A stretch of DNA of 39,711 bases, taken from assembly GCA_041694815.1 (NCBI GenBank), contig JBGFSC010000041.1, positions 1-39,711 of the forward strand, in the 5' to 3' direction. This document shows positions 17,406 through 26,582 of the stretch, one piece after another. The notes below the pieces were generated by a model that saw only the letters and a list, made by a program, of their open reading frames with translations, was not told where the DNA came from and did not search any database. The DNA is from Elusimicrobiota bacterium. Its GTDB lineage: Bacteria; Elusimicrobiota; Elusimicrobia; UBA1565; JACRDR01. The position numbers were made by a program, and so were the translations under genes. The first letter of the stretch is position 1; each line of letters begins with the position of its first letter.

Positions 17406-18374
17406 ATGGAAGACTGGTGGCTTTACGGGGCCTCGGCCGGTTTTTTGGCCACGGCCGCCCTTTGGCCGTACTTCCTTTTCAAATACCGCCGCTCCTCAGC
17501 CCCGGTCGAGGACGCCGAGTTCTCCTCGGAGCCAATCGAGCCGGTGTCCATGCCGTTCCCTGAGTCGGCCCCCGTCCCCGAGCCCATTCCCCAGCAGGCC
17601 GTGGAAGTCAAGTCGGCGGCCAATCCGGCTCCCGTTCCCGCGGCCGTCGCCGCCGGTGCCGGGTCCCAACTTAAGGCGGCGCTCGCCGCCGTGCCGGGCT
17701 CCGATACGACGGCGCCGCTTAAGACCTTGAAAACCGGGGAGACCAGCACCGGAGGCGTGAGCCCCGCGGTCATCTATCTGCAGAATCTCAAGAACAACCT
17801 GGAGCATCTCGAAAAAGAGGTCTCGAGCCTGAAGCTTCAAGTCTCCAATTTCTCGCAGAAGCATGACGCTCAATTCAATTCGCTGCTACAGCGCTTGGGC
17901 GAGGTAAAGGAGGAGCTGCATAACCTGCCTCACGAGGCGGCGGCCGCTCCCGCCACCGCGGCGGCTTCGACGATCCCTCTACCGGCGGCATCACCCCAAG
18001 CGGCGCCGGCGGTAAGTCCCGTGGTGGAAACCCCGAAGTCCAAGGCTGAAGAGACGATACGCATCGTGCCCACCCTGAATTCTCCCGACCCCGCTCCCGC
18101 TCCAGCGGCGACGAAGCCGTCCGTGTGGCCGACTCCCGCTCCCGCGCCGGCTCCGGCCGCGGCTCCGGCCGCGACTCCTGCTCCGGCTGCCGCTCCTACC
18201 GCGGCTCCCGCGCCGACTCCGATTCCGACGGCCGCGCCCACGCCGGCTCCTACGCCCGCGCCAACGCCCGGCCCCGCGCCGGCGAACCCGCTGAAAATAG
18301 AACCTTCTTCCGTGCCTCCGCCTTCTGAGTCCGATTCGAAACCGCAACGCCGGGGCCCGGTGTGGCCGGTCTAG
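17406..18374 (+). CDS. Membrane-anchored coiled-coil and Pro/Ala-rich protein
   Basis: N-terminal hydrophobic helix, heptad region LQNLKNNLEHLEKEV..., long PAPA/PTPA tract; follows a consensus promoter. Confidence 0.75.
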   Translation: MEDWWLYGASAGFLATAALWPYFLFKYRRSSAPVEDAEFSSEPIEPVSMPFPESAPVPEPIPQQAVEVKSAANPAPVPAAVAAGAGSQLKAALAAVPGSDTTAPLKTLKTGETSTGGVSPAVIYLQNLKNNLEHLEKEVSSLKLQVSNFSQKHDAQFNSLLQRLGEVKEELHNLPHEAAAAPATAAASTIPLPAASPQAAPAVSPVVETPKSKAEETIRIVPTLNSPDPAPAPAATKPSVWPTPAPAPAPAAAPAATPAPAAAPTAAPAPTPIPTAAPTPAPTPAPTPGPAPANPLKIEPSSVPPPSESDSKPQRRGPVWPV

Positions 18375-19315
18375 CTTCTCTACTTTTCCTCGCCGCCTCC
18401 TCGGCATCCGCGGGCCTTTTCCCTTCTTCCCCATTCTCGGACAGCGCCGTCGGCACCACGGCCGTGCCGTTGCTCAAATCCCCCCCGAGTGCGCGCGCCG
18501 ACGCGTTGGGCGGCTCCTTGGCCGCGGTGGCCGACCGTTCGGAATCCATCTTTTGGAATCCGGCCGGCATCGCCAAGCTCTACCACTTGGGCGACTCCGA
18601 CCTGAGCCTAGGATATAACGCGCTGATCGAAACGGCCTATACCGGGACCGTATGCTACGCCCGCCCGTTCGCCGGAATCGGGGTGTTCGGCTTCGGCCTG
18701 CTGTACGCGGCGCAGTCAAGCATCCAAGGATACAATGCAGTCGGGGATACAAACGGTTCCTTCACTCCCAACGACCTCGTGATGGACTTAAGCTACGGCA
18801 GGAGGCTGGGAGCTGTACTGGCGGGCTTGGGGCTCAAGTTCATCCGTTCGCAGGTGGCCGACGTCTCGGGAACCTCCTTCGCTCTTGATCTGGGCGTGCA
18901 GATGCAGAGCGTCTGGAAACCGTCTGAGGGGCCGATCGACATCGGGCTCAGCCTGCAGAACCTAGGGCCTCCCCTCAAGATGGGCGGGGGTTCGGACCCG
19001 CTGCCGACCAAGATCCAGGGCGGCTTCGCGTGGCATTTCAACGAGCGCTTCAGCGGCCTTCTCGACGGGCACCTGCCCGTCGACCAGGAGCCCTACGTCA
19101 GCCTCGGGGCGGAGGGCCGGCTTCCGGTGGCAAGCACGATCAAGGCGGGCTTGCGCGGCGGCTACAATATGTCCTATTCGCGGGGAGTGCCCGGATTCGC
19201 GGGGGTCACCGCCGGCTTCGGGCTGGAAGTGGAGCGCTTCCGCGTCGATTATGCCTGGGTGCCGTTCGGGGATCTGGGGAGCAGCAACCGGTTTTCTTTA
19301 GGGTATCGCTTTTAG
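18362..19315 (+). CDS. PorV/PorQ (UPF0164)-like outer-membrane beta-barrel
   Basis: Signal peptide; SARADALGG..A.AD....IFWNPAGIA; RVDYAWVPFGDLGSSNRFSLGYRF terminal Phe. Confidence 0.8.
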   Translation: MAGLASLLFLAASSASAGLFPSSPFSDSAVGTTAVPLLKSPPSARADALGGSLAAVADRSESIFWNPAGIAKLYHLGDSDLSLGYNALIETAYTGTVCYARPFAGIGVFGFGLLYAAQSSIQGYNAVGDTNGSFTPNDLVMDLSYGRRLGAVLAGLGLKFIRSQVADVSGTSFALDLGVQMQSVWKPSEGPIDIGLSLQNLGPPLKMGGGSDPLPTKIQGGFAWHFNERFSGLLDGHLPVDQEPYVSLGAEGRLPVASTIKAGLRGGYNMSYSRGVPGFAGVTAGFGLEVERFRVDYAWVPFGDLGSSNRFSLGYRF

Positions 19316-19355
19316 AACTTTTTTAGCTCCGCCGTGATTCTATTCCCAAGCCAAC

Positions 19356-20000
19356 CTATCCGCCCTTTCTAGCTTTCGTCAGGAACTCGTAGACTTTCTG
19401 CCCGGTATACATCCCGAGAAGACCGCCTCCGATATCGGCCAGCATGGCGAACCACTGGAAGGAGCCGAAAAGGATAGGGATTAGATGTCCGATCCTGTCT
19501 TGAAACAGCTCGGTTACGGGGGGCAGGACCGCCAGGCAGCCGAGATTGAGCCAGTTCACGAACTTGGGGTCTCGCTTAAGCAGGTCTGCCAGGGCTCTCA
19601 GTGCGAGTTGGCCCGCGAAGCTTGCCACCGCAAAGAGCAGGACATGGTCCAGCTTAGAAATGAAGACTTCCTGTCCCAAGGCGGCGAGGATCCCGAGATT
19701 GGCCGCGCCGGCGGCGAGCACGGCCGCCTCCTTTATCCTTTCCGTGCGGCCTGTACCTTGGGAAGGCCGAGAGGCGAGCTGTTCGACAGTAGACCGGCTC
19801 TTGCTGGGCGGCTGTTCCGTGCTCGACGAGAGGCCGCCGACTATGGCAGGCCGTGCCGCGCTTGGGTCAGGTACCGACTGAACAGTATCGCTTTCTGGAT
19901 GATTTGCCGTGCCGTCGAAACGGGGGTCCGGAGCGGCATAAAGCATCGGTGCCAGTAGCAATACAAGCACCGCTGCGTAGCGATGGTCCCTTTTAAACAT
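19356..20000 (-). CDS. Hypothetical membrane protein (signal-like N-terminus, about 4 TM helices)
   Basis: Hydrophobic segments; TAAAAT 8 nt upstream of the ATG; tandem operator boxes upstream. Confidence 0.65.
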   Translation of the reverse strand: MFKRDHRYAAVLVLLLAPMLYAAPDPRFDGTANHPESDTVQSVPDPSAARPAIVGGLSSSTEQPPSKSRSTVEQLASRPSQGTGRTERIKEAAVLAAGAANLGILAALGQEVFISKLDHVLLFAVASFAGQLALRALADLLKRDPKFVNWLNLGCLAVLPPVTELFQDRIGHLIPILFGSFQWFAMLADIGGGLLGMYTGQKVYEFLTKARKGG

Positions 20001-20037
20001 TTATGAAAATTTTAAAAGAAGATAATGCCTGCCGCAT

Positions 20038-20075
20038 GGGCCGAAAGACCGTCGGAACGCTAGGCCTTTGGGGAA
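20038..20075. promoter_or_regulatory. Tandem 14-bp operator boxes
   Basis: GGGCCGAAAGACCG (20038-20051) and AGGCCTTTGGGGAA (20062-20075). Confidence 0.6.
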
Positions 20076-20090
20076 TGGTTATCCCTAAAT

Positions 20091-20214
20091 AAATATCCAC
20101 TTTACAAGAAAAAGTGCTGAATGAATAAGCCTTTTCCGTTGCAGCTCTTTTTAGACAGAGTCGGCTTAAAAAATGATGCTGGTGAAAGCGTTTTTCTTTG
20201 TGAAGTGGATATTT
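20091..20214. repeat. AT-rich element with imperfect terminal inverted repeats (MITE-like)
   Basis: AAATATCCACTTTACAAGAAAAA ... TTTTTCTTTGTGAAGTGGATATTT. Confidence 0.55.
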
Positions 20215-20224
20215 TTGTGGGGCA

Positions 20225-20476
20225 TCAGGAGGCCAGCGGTGATCGCCGGCAGTCGCGTATGTACGCGATGAAAATCCTCCCTCGGGGATCGATCCGATAA
20301 ACGATCCGGAATATGCCGACTGCCAAGCTGCGATAGCCGAGAAAGGGGCCGAGCATGGCCGCGCCCAGCTCGGGAAATTCCTTTAGATTTTCGATCTGTC
20401 GAAGAATCCTTGATAACAGCGGATCCTGGATGCGGTCAAGATCCTCTTGAGCCTGAGGGAGGAGTACGACTCTCAA
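20225..20476 (-). CDS. RelE/ParE-family toxin
   Basis: AQEDL..I, L..FPELG, YRSLAVGIFRIVY, IAYIRDCRR; overlaps the antitoxin stop. Confidence 0.82.
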   Translation of the reverse strand: MRVVLLPQAQEDLDRIQDPLLSRILRQIENLKEFPELGAAMLGPFLGYRSLAVGIFRIVYRIDPRGRIFIAYIRDCRRSPLAS

Positions 20477-20748
20477 TGGGGGCGTTGTCTTTTTTTTCGG
20501 TAGGATTCCAAGGTTGCCCCGGTCCCTTTTCGGAGTTCCTTCTCCGCTCGCAGCAGTCTCTTGGGCCAGTCGGCGAAGCGCATTTCCGATTGCGTCGCCA
20601 GGAATCCCTCATAGCTCTCGTAATCCACGAGAACGGCCGCGGCCTTGCCTCTCTGGGTGACGATGATGGGTTTTTCGGTTTTCTTCACCTGGTCGACGTA
20701 GCGCTTGGCCTGGGACTGGAGAAGGCTGATAGGTATAATATTTTCCAT
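20473..20748 (-). CDS. Phd/YefM-family antitoxin
   Basis: IIPIS.L......VDQV....KPIIVTQRGKAAAVLVDYESYE. Confidence 0.88.
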   Translation of the reverse strand: MENIIPISLLQSQAKRYVDQVKKTEKPIIVTQRGKAAAVLVDYESYEGFLATQSEMRFADWPKRLLRAEKELRKGTGATLESYRKKRQRPH

Positions 20749-20754
20749 AGTTTA

Positions 20755-20783
20755 ATTATAGCTTCAGACCTATATTATTTCAA
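20755..20783 (-). promoter_or_regulatory. Sigma70-type promoter of the TA pair (leaderless)
   Basis: TTGAAA-17 nt-TATAAT, 6 nt to the ATG. Confidence 0.75.
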
Positions 20784-21557
20784 TAGATCCAGCATGGCTT
20801 GCTGGATGCGGCCGTTGGAGGCGACGGTCTCTTTCCCGAAGCTCTCCAGCGCCGTCCAGGGTTTACCCGAGAGATCGGTGACGTTTCCCCCCGCCTCCCG
20901 GACGAGCAAAAGCCCCGCGGCGACGTCCCAGGGGTTAAGCCGCAGCTCCCAATAGCCGTCGAGCCGGCCGGCCGCGACCCAGGCCAGATCGAGCGCTGCC
21001 GAGCCGCCGCGGCGCAGATCCTGCGCCCGGCAAAGAAAGCGCCGGACCCATTCGGAATAGAGGGTCGCCCGGACGTCACGGTCATAAGGGAAGCCCGTGG
21101 CCAAGAGCCCGTCCTCGATCTTTCGTACCCGCGAGACGCGGATGCGTCGGCCATTGAGCGTCGCGCCGCGCCCCGCCTCCGCCAGGAAGAATTCCTCGCG
21201 GAACGGGTCGTAGACGCCGCCGATGAGCGGCGCGAGTCCCCGCAACAGGGCGATCGAAACGCAGCAGACCGGAAAGCCGTGGGCGAAATTGAGCGTCCCA
21301 TCGAGCGGGTCGATGACCCACAGGTATTCGGCGCCGCTGCGCCGGGTCGCGCGTTCCTCGGCCAGGAAGTCGTGCTCGGGAAATCGGGAGCGGATAACCC
21401 GCAGTATGGCCTTTTCGGCCGCGAGATCCACTTGGGTAAGCGCGTTGGCTCGGCCGAGGGATTTATAGCGGACGCGCGCCTTGCCGAATCCGCCCTTGAG
21501 CTGCCTCCCTCCCGCGCGCAGCGCATCGAGCAGCGTTCGTCGGAAAAGAGCCGTCAT
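20775..21557 (-). CDS. suhB: Inositol monophosphatase family protein
   Basis: WVIDPLDGTLNFAHG, GSAALDLAWVAAGRLDGYWE, PWDVAAG. Confidence 0.92.
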   Translation of the reverse strand: MTALFRRTLLDALRAGGRQLKGGFGKARVRYKSLGRANALTQVDLAAEKAILRVIRSRFPEHDFLAEERATRRSGAEYLWVIDPLDGTLNFAHGFPVCCVSIALLRGLAPLIGGVYDPFREEFFLAEAGRGATLNGRRIRVSRVRKIEDGLLATGFPYDRDVRATLYSEWVRRFLCRAQDLRRGGSAALDLAWVAAGRLDGYWELRLNPWDVAAGLLLVREAGGNVTDLSGKPWTALESFGKETVASNGRIQQAMLDLLK

Positions 21558-22321
21558 CGTCGTTCCCCATCGTGTCGGAGTATCGCGCTCAATAAACCCT
21601 GCACCGTGTACTCGGAGGCCTCGATCTGCGGTCGGATGCCGTGCCGGCGCAACGTCTTGGAGGTGATGGGGCCGATGGAGGCCGCCAGCGCCGAGCGGAA
21701 AAACCGTCGCGCCCGCGCGCGCCCCACGGCGGAGACGAAATGCTCGGCGGTGGATGAGGAGGTGAACGTGACGACGTCCGTCTTGCCGGAAGCCACCGCG
21801 CGCTTAAGCCGCCTTTTCCCCTCGGCATCGGGGAGCGTCCGGTAGGCCTCGACCACGCGGACCCGAGCGCCGCGGCGGGAGAGAATCTTGGGAAGTATGT
21901 CGCGGGCGACGCGGGCCCGAGGGATCAGGATCTCGCGGCCGGCGACGTTGCCCAAGTGGCGGGCGAGGGCCTCGCCCTCGTAACGCTCCGGCACCTGCGC
22001 TGCCCGCCAGCCGTGGGCTTTGAGCGCCTCGGCGGTGCGCGGCCCGATCGCGTATAGCCGCCGAGGTCTTCTAAGCCGCCGTTTCAACGCTTTGCTCCGC
22101 CTAAAGAACGAGGTGACGCCGTTGGCGCTCGTAAACACGAGGGTGTCGAAGCGTTCGAAGCGGCGCAGCGCTTCGTCGAGCCGCGACCAGCGGCTGGGCG
22201 GCGCGATGCGGATGGTCGGGGCGATGATGGCTCGCGCGCCGAGCCTGCGGAGCTGCGCCGCCATTGCCGCTGCTTGGGCCTTCGGCCGAGTAATGAGCAC
22301 GGTTTTCCCTTTTAAATCCAC
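21554..22321 (-). CDS. hemD: Uroporphyrinogen-III synthase
   Basis: VLITRP, LVFTSANGV, AIGPRTA, AYRT, VTFTSSST, SIGPITS. Confidence 0.92.
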   Translation of the reverse strand: MDLKGKTVLITRPKAQAAAMAAQLRRLGARAIIAPTIRIAPPSRWSRLDEALRRFERFDTLVFTSANGVTSFFRRSKALKRRLRRPRRLYAIGPRTAEALKAHGWRAAQVPERYEGEALARHLGNVAGREILIPRARVARDILPKILSRRGARVRVVEAYRTLPDAEGKRRLKRAVASGKTDVVTFTSSSTAEHFVSAVGRARARRFFRSALAASIGPITSKTLRRHGIRPQIEASEYTVQGLLSAILRHDGERR

Positions 22322-22385
22322 CGCGTGAATTATGGCAATATGTGGTGCTAGAAGTCATCCAACCTGGTGTTTGGATGGGCTTCTC

Positions 22386-22461
22386 GGCATCCACTTTCTT
22401 CACTTTGTTGAAATTCTGTCCGCGCCGAGAGAAAGTTGAGAAAGTGTAGAAAGTGGATGCC
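22386..22461. repeat. 21-bp inverted repeat (1 mismatch) in a divergent intergenic region
   Basis: GGCATCCACTTTCTTCACTTT (22386-22406) / AAAGTGTAGAAAGTGGATGCC (22441-22461). Confidence 0.7.
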
Positions 22462-22500
22462 TGGCACCGGCTGACGCTTTTTGTTATAGTGACCCCGCCG

Positions 22501-23034
22501 ATGATAGGTTGGTTTCAGAAAAAAAAGGAAGAAAGGATGGAAAAAGCCGCTCCGGGGCCGGCGCATTCCAAGCAGGTCTGGATATCCCGCCTTTTGAGCG
22601 AGGAGCTGATCTTGATCCGGCCCCCGGCTCGGGATAAGGACCAATTGCTGCGCGGCTTGGTCGACCGGCTCTGTTCCGTCCGGGGTTTGGGCGACCCGGC
22701 TCCCCTGCTCGCGAAGGTGCTCGAACGCGAACAAGGCATCAGCACGACGCTCGATACCGGCTTGAGCCTGCCCCATGCCCGCCTCGACGCCGCCTCGCAG
22801 ATCGTCGCCGTGCTGGGGCTCGTTCCCGGAGGCCTCATCGACCCGAAGCAGCCCGATCTTCCCATCCGAGCCATGTTCCTGTTCTTTTCCCCAAATAAAC
22901 AAGAGGCCTTCTCGAGGCATCTGCAGCTCTTGCGCGGCGTGGCGGCGCTTTTTCAACCGCCGTTCCTGGATCAACTGCTCGCGCAGTCGTCGCCGTCGGA
23001 GGTCCTCGAACTCATCCGCCGCAAGGAAGCGTAA
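22501..23034 (+). CDS. PTS EIIA (Fru/Ntr-type) domain protein
   Basis: VLEREQGISTTLDTGLSLPHAR phospho-His motif, HLQLL; start 22501 or 22537. Confidence 0.85.
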   Translation: MIGWFQKKKEERMEKAAPGPAHSKQVWISRLLSEELILIRPPARDKDQLLRGLVDRLCSVRGLGDPAPLLAKVLEREQGISTTLDTGLSLPHARLDAASQIVAVLGLVPGGLIDPKQPDLPIRAMFLFFSPNKQEAFSRHLQLLRGVAALFQPPFLDQLLAQSSPSEVLELIRRKEA

Positions 23035-23043
23035 ATCCCCCCC

Positions 23044-23556
23044 ATGCCGATCCTGCGCATCACCAAGCACGGGGAACCCGTGCTCAAGAAACCGTCCGCC
23101 CCCATCGATTACGATTCATTCAAGGAACGGCTTCCAGCCTTGCTCAAGGACATGTGGGCGACCATGGCCGCCGCCAACGGCGTCGGCTTGGCCGCGCCCC
23201 AGATCGGCCTCAACATCCGCCTCGCCGTCATCGACGTCCGTCCGAATGGAAAATCGGAGCGTATGGTGCTCATCAATCCCGAGATACTCTACCGGGAGGG
23301 GGAGCAGGAGGAGGAGGAGGGCTGCCTGTCGATCCCCGGGCTCTACGCCAAGCTGCGCCGCGCCGCCAAGGTGCGCATCGCGGCATTGGACGAGGACGGG
23401 CGGCGCTACGAGGCCTCGGGGACGGGGCTGCTCGCGCGCGCCTTCGAGCATGAGACGGATCATTTAAACGGGAAGCTGTTCATCGACCATCTCGACTTGG
23501 CCAAGCGCCTGAAGGTTGCCGGGATACTCAAGGATCTAAAAAAGACTTGGAAATGA
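23044..23556 (+). CDS. def: Peptide deformylase
   Basis: GVGLAAPQIG, EGCLSIPG, HETDHLNG. Confidence 0.96.
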   Translation: MPILRITKHGEPVLKKPSAPIDYDSFKERLPALLKDMWATMAAANGVGLAAPQIGLNIRLAVIDVRPNGKSERMVLINPEILYREGEQEEEEGCLSIPGLYAKLRRAAKVRIAALDEDGRRYEASGTGLLARAFEHETDHLNGKLFIDHLDLAKRLKVAGILKDLKKTWK

Positions 23557-24464
23557 AGCTGCTCTTTTTCGGCACGCCCGAGATGGCGGTGCCGTTTCTG
23601 CGCTCCTGCGCCGAAGGCCATCGCGTGGCGGCCGTCGTGACCCAACCAGACAAGCCGGCGGGCCGCGGCCTGGCCTTGCGCCCGCCGCCGGTCAAGACCT
23701 TCGCCCAAAGCCGCGGTATCGAAGTGTTCCAACCCCCTTCCCCGTCGGCTATCGCGGGCCGGCTCAGGGAGCTGGAGGCCGATGCGGGCGTGGTGGTCGC
23801 CTACGGGAAACTGCTCAAGGCCGACGTGCTGGCCTCGACCCGGCTGGGCCTGCTCAACATCCATTTCTCCCTCCTCCCCAAATACCGGGGGGCGGCGCCA
23901 ATCGCCTGGGCGCTGATGCAAGGGGAGCACCGCAGCGGCGTGACGCTGTTTTGGCTCGACGAGGGGATGGACACGGGCCCGATCCAAGACCAGCGCGAGC
24001 TCGAAATAGAGGAGGCCGACGACGCGATTTCCTTGGCGACGAAGCTGGGCTCCCTAGGGGTCCGCTGCCTCGAGGAAAACCTGGCGTCCTTCGACTCGGG
24101 TATCCGCCGCCGGCCACAACAAGGGGAGCCGAGCCTGGCGCCGAAGCTCACGCGCGAGCACGCGCGCGTGAGCTTCCGGATGCCGGCCGTCGCTTTTCAT
24201 AATCGCGTGCGCGGATTGCGGGCGGGCCCGTGCGCCTTTCTGGGCGCCGGACTCTCGGTGCGCAAGACGCTGCCGGAAAGCCCGGAGCAGGAAGGCGAGC
24301 CCGGCCGCGTGCTTCGCGTTGAAAAAAACAAGGGAATTTTGATACAATGTCAGCCCGGAACGCTTTGGATCGTTGAGGTCCAGCCTCAAGGGAAAAAGCC
24401 GATACCAGCGGCGGATTTTCTAAATGGTCTCCGCCTAAAGCCCGGTCACATTTTGCCGGATTAA
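23553..24464 (+). CDS. fmt: Methionyl-tRNA formyltransferase
   Basis: FFGTPE, VVTQPDKPAGRG, NIHFSLLPKYRGAAPI, MDTGP; ATGA overlap with def. Confidence 0.95.
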   Translation: MKLLFFGTPEMAVPFLRSCAEGHRVAAVVTQPDKPAGRGLALRPPPVKTFAQSRGIEVFQPPSPSAIAGRLRELEADAGVVVAYGKLLKADVLASTRLGLLNIHFSLLPKYRGAAPIAWALMQGEHRSGVTLFWLDEGMDTGPIQDQRELEIEEADDAISLATKLGSLGVRCLEENLASFDSGIRRRPQQGEPSLAPKLTREHARVSFRMPAVAFHNRVRGLRAGPCAFLGAGLSVRKTLPESPEQEGEPGRVLRVEKNKGILIQCQPGTLWIVEVQPQGKKPIPAADFLNGLRLKPGHILPD

Positions 24465-24482
24465 CGGCAGTCTTTTCGTTTT

Positions 24483-25469
24483 ATGGAAAACCAAGCAGAG
24501 CCCCAGGCGGGCGCCGGTTCGGAGCTGCGCCCCTGGGAGGCGGCGGCCCTCTCGGCGCTTGTCGTGGTGTTCGGTTTCTTCGCGTATCGCTGGGCGAGCG
24601 AGGGCTTAGTCCATGCCCGGAAGGTCCAGATCGTCCCCGATCTCCGCGGCAAGCCCGTCTCGGCCGCGCTGGACCTGCTTTCTCCGATCAACCTGGCCTT
24701 GCGCAAGGAAGGCGAGGAATTCAACGGCAGCGTGCCGATCGGCTCGATTCTCCGGCAAACCCCCTCCCCGGGTACCAAGGTACGCGAGGGGAAGACCCTG
24801 AGGGTCGTCATCAGCCAGGGAGGTGAGACGGTGTTCACGCCCGACATCGTGGGGCTCCCCTTGCGCAACGCGGAGATGCTGCTGCGCCAGAGCCAGCTGA
24901 CCCTGGGCGAGGTGTCGGAATCCTACTCCCTGCGCTTGGAAAAGGGCATGGTGATGTCCCAGGACCCGAAATCCGAGTCCAGCGTCGAGCGCAACGCCGC
25001 CGTGCGCGTCGCCGTTTCGGGCGGCCCTCCTCCCGCGGGCATCGTGCTGATGCCGGATTTTTTGCGCAAGAATCTTTCGGACGCCACGAACTGGGCGGCT
25101 TCCTCCGGTTTTAAGGTCTCGGTCCAAAAGGATCCCAACTCCATATTCCCATACGGCGTCGTCCTGGCCCAGGATCCCCCGCCGGACGCCGTCCTGGGCT
25201 CCGGCTCGAAGATCCAGGTGACCATCAGCGGCAAGTCGCAGCCGGCCGGCGCGGATCCGACGATGAAAAGCGTGCGCTACGAGGTCTCGCAGGGGTCGGC
25301 CGACAGCTCGGTGCGCATCGTGGTCATGGACCAGTACGGGGAGCGCGAGATTTTCAACGGGGTGCGCCCCCCGGGCAGCAAGATCGACCTCCAGGTCCCC
25401 GACAGCGGGACGAAGCTGCGCATGAAGGTGTTCCTCAACGGCATACTCGTCGAGGAGCGCGACCTATGA
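24483..25469 (+). CDS. Membrane-anchored triple-PASTA domain protein
   Basis: TM helix then three VPDL.G / G.V..Q.P repeats; between fmt and rpe. Confidence 0.85.
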   Translation: MENQAEPQAGAGSELRPWEAAALSALVVVFGFFAYRWASEGLVHARKVQIVPDLRGKPVSAALDLLSPINLALRKEGEEFNGSVPIGSILRQTPSPGTKVREGKTLRVVISQGGETVFTPDIVGLPLRNAEMLLRQSQLTLGEVSESYSLRLEKGMVMSQDPKSESSVERNAAVRVAVSGGPPPAGIVLMPDFLRKNLSDATNWAASSGFKVSVQKDPNSIFPYGVVLAQDPPPDAVLGSGSKIQVTISGKSQPAGADPTMKSVRYEVSQGSADSSVRIVVMDQYGEREIFNGVRPPGSKIDLQVPDSGTKLRMKVFLNGILVEERDL

Positions 25470-25501
25470 CGGGCAGCTCCTGTGTCCGGGCGCGGGTCCT
25501 C

Positions 25502-25558
25502 AACGGCAGCTTTTACGCGCCTCGGGCGCGTGGCTCGGCGCAAACGACCGCGCCGAGC
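25502..25558 (+). repeat. Dispersed copy of the double-hairpin REP-like element
   Basis: AACGGCAGcTTTTACGCGCCTCGGGCGCGTG followed by hairpin GCTCGGCGC..GCGCCGAGC. Confidence 0.85.
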
Positions 25559-25590
25559 GCGGGATTTTCGCACTATCCGGGGAAGCAATC

Positions 25591-26319
25591 GTGACCGAGA
25601 GCCGACGACCCATTCCCGACGGCCGGGTGCGCGTCGTGCCTTCGCTGCTCGCCGCCGATTTCGCCGATCTGGCGGGCGCGCTGCGCTCGGTGGAAGCGGA
25701 GACCGACTGGGTTTCCGTCGACATCATGGACGGGCATTTCGTGCCGAACCTGAGCTTCGGGCCCGACGCGGTCTCGGCGCTGCGCCGGCGAAGCCGCGTG
25801 GCTCTCGACGCGCATCTCATGGTGGAGCATCCCGAGTGCTTCGCGCCCGTCTTCGCCGACGCCGGCGCCGATTTCGTCGTCGGCCATGTGGAGGCGCTGC
25901 GCAACCCTGATGATTTCTTTCGGCCCTTGGAGTCTCGCGGCGTCGGCAGGGGCTTGGGCCTTAAGCCCGCGACCCCGGCCTCGGCGCTCTTGGCGCTGCT
26001 CGACCGCATCGACCTGGCTTTGGTCATGACCGTGGAGCCGGGTTTCGGCGGGCAGGAGTTCCTTCTCGAGATGACGGCCAAGGTGCGCCAGCTGCGCGAG
26101 GCCATCGACCGCTCCGGGCGCCCGGTGTGGCTGATGGTTGACGGGGGCATCAACGAGGAGACGGCGGCGGCGGCGGCTCTCGCCGGAGCCGACGCGCTGG
26201 TGGCGGGTAGCGCGGTGTTTCGAGACAGCGATCCGGCGGCCGCGCTGCGGCGTCTGCGCGAAAGGGCGCAGGCAAATTTCAAGGGCTTGCCTAAGGAGGG
26301 CACAAAAACATGGCGGTAG
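25591..26319 (+). CDS. rpe: Ribulose-phosphate 3-epimerase
   Basis: PSLLAADF, DIMDGHFVPNLSFG, DAHLMV, VMTVEPGFGGQ, VDGGIN, VAGSAVF. Confidence 0.95.
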   Translation: MTESRRPIPDGRVRVVPSLLAADFADLAGALRSVEAETDWVSVDIMDGHFVPNLSFGPDAVSALRRRSRVALDAHLMVEHPECFAPVFADAGADFVVGHVEALRNPDDFFRPLESRGVGRGLGLKPATPASALLALLDRIDLALVMTVEPGFGGQEFLLEMTAKVRQLREAIDRSGRPVWLMVDGGINEETAAAAALAGADALVAGSAVFRDSDPAAALRRLRERAQANFKGLPKEGTKTWR

Positions 26320-26573
26320 TCATCCGGTTGCAGCGGACGGGAAAGACGAAGCAGGCGTACTATCGGGTCGTGGCCATCGAGAAGGCTCGAGGGGCCCACG
26401 GGAGGCCGTTGGAGGTGCTGGGCTCCTACGACCCGCGCGGCGAGAAGGCCAAGGACAAGATCCGGCTGGACCTCGCGCGCTGGGAGCATTGGATCAAGAA
26501 CGGGGCCAAGGCGTCGGAGACGGCGAGGTCGCTGGCGAAGCTCGCCTCAAAGGCCGAGACGGCCGTCGCCTAG
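26310..26573 (+). CDS. rpsP: 30S ribosomal protein S16
   Basis: MAVVIRLQRTG....YYRVVA, LGSYDP, W..NGA..SET. Confidence 0.95.
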   Translation: MAVVIRLQRTGKTKQAYYRVVAIEKARGAHGRPLEVLGSYDPRGEKAKDKIRLDLARWEHWIKNGAKASETARSLAKLASKAETAVA

Positions 26574-26582
26574 GGAAAAGCG

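Noticed and set aside
18090..18290. DNA tandem repeat or mobile element
   Set aside because: Degenerate codon-level repeats explained by the Pro/Ala/Thr tract.
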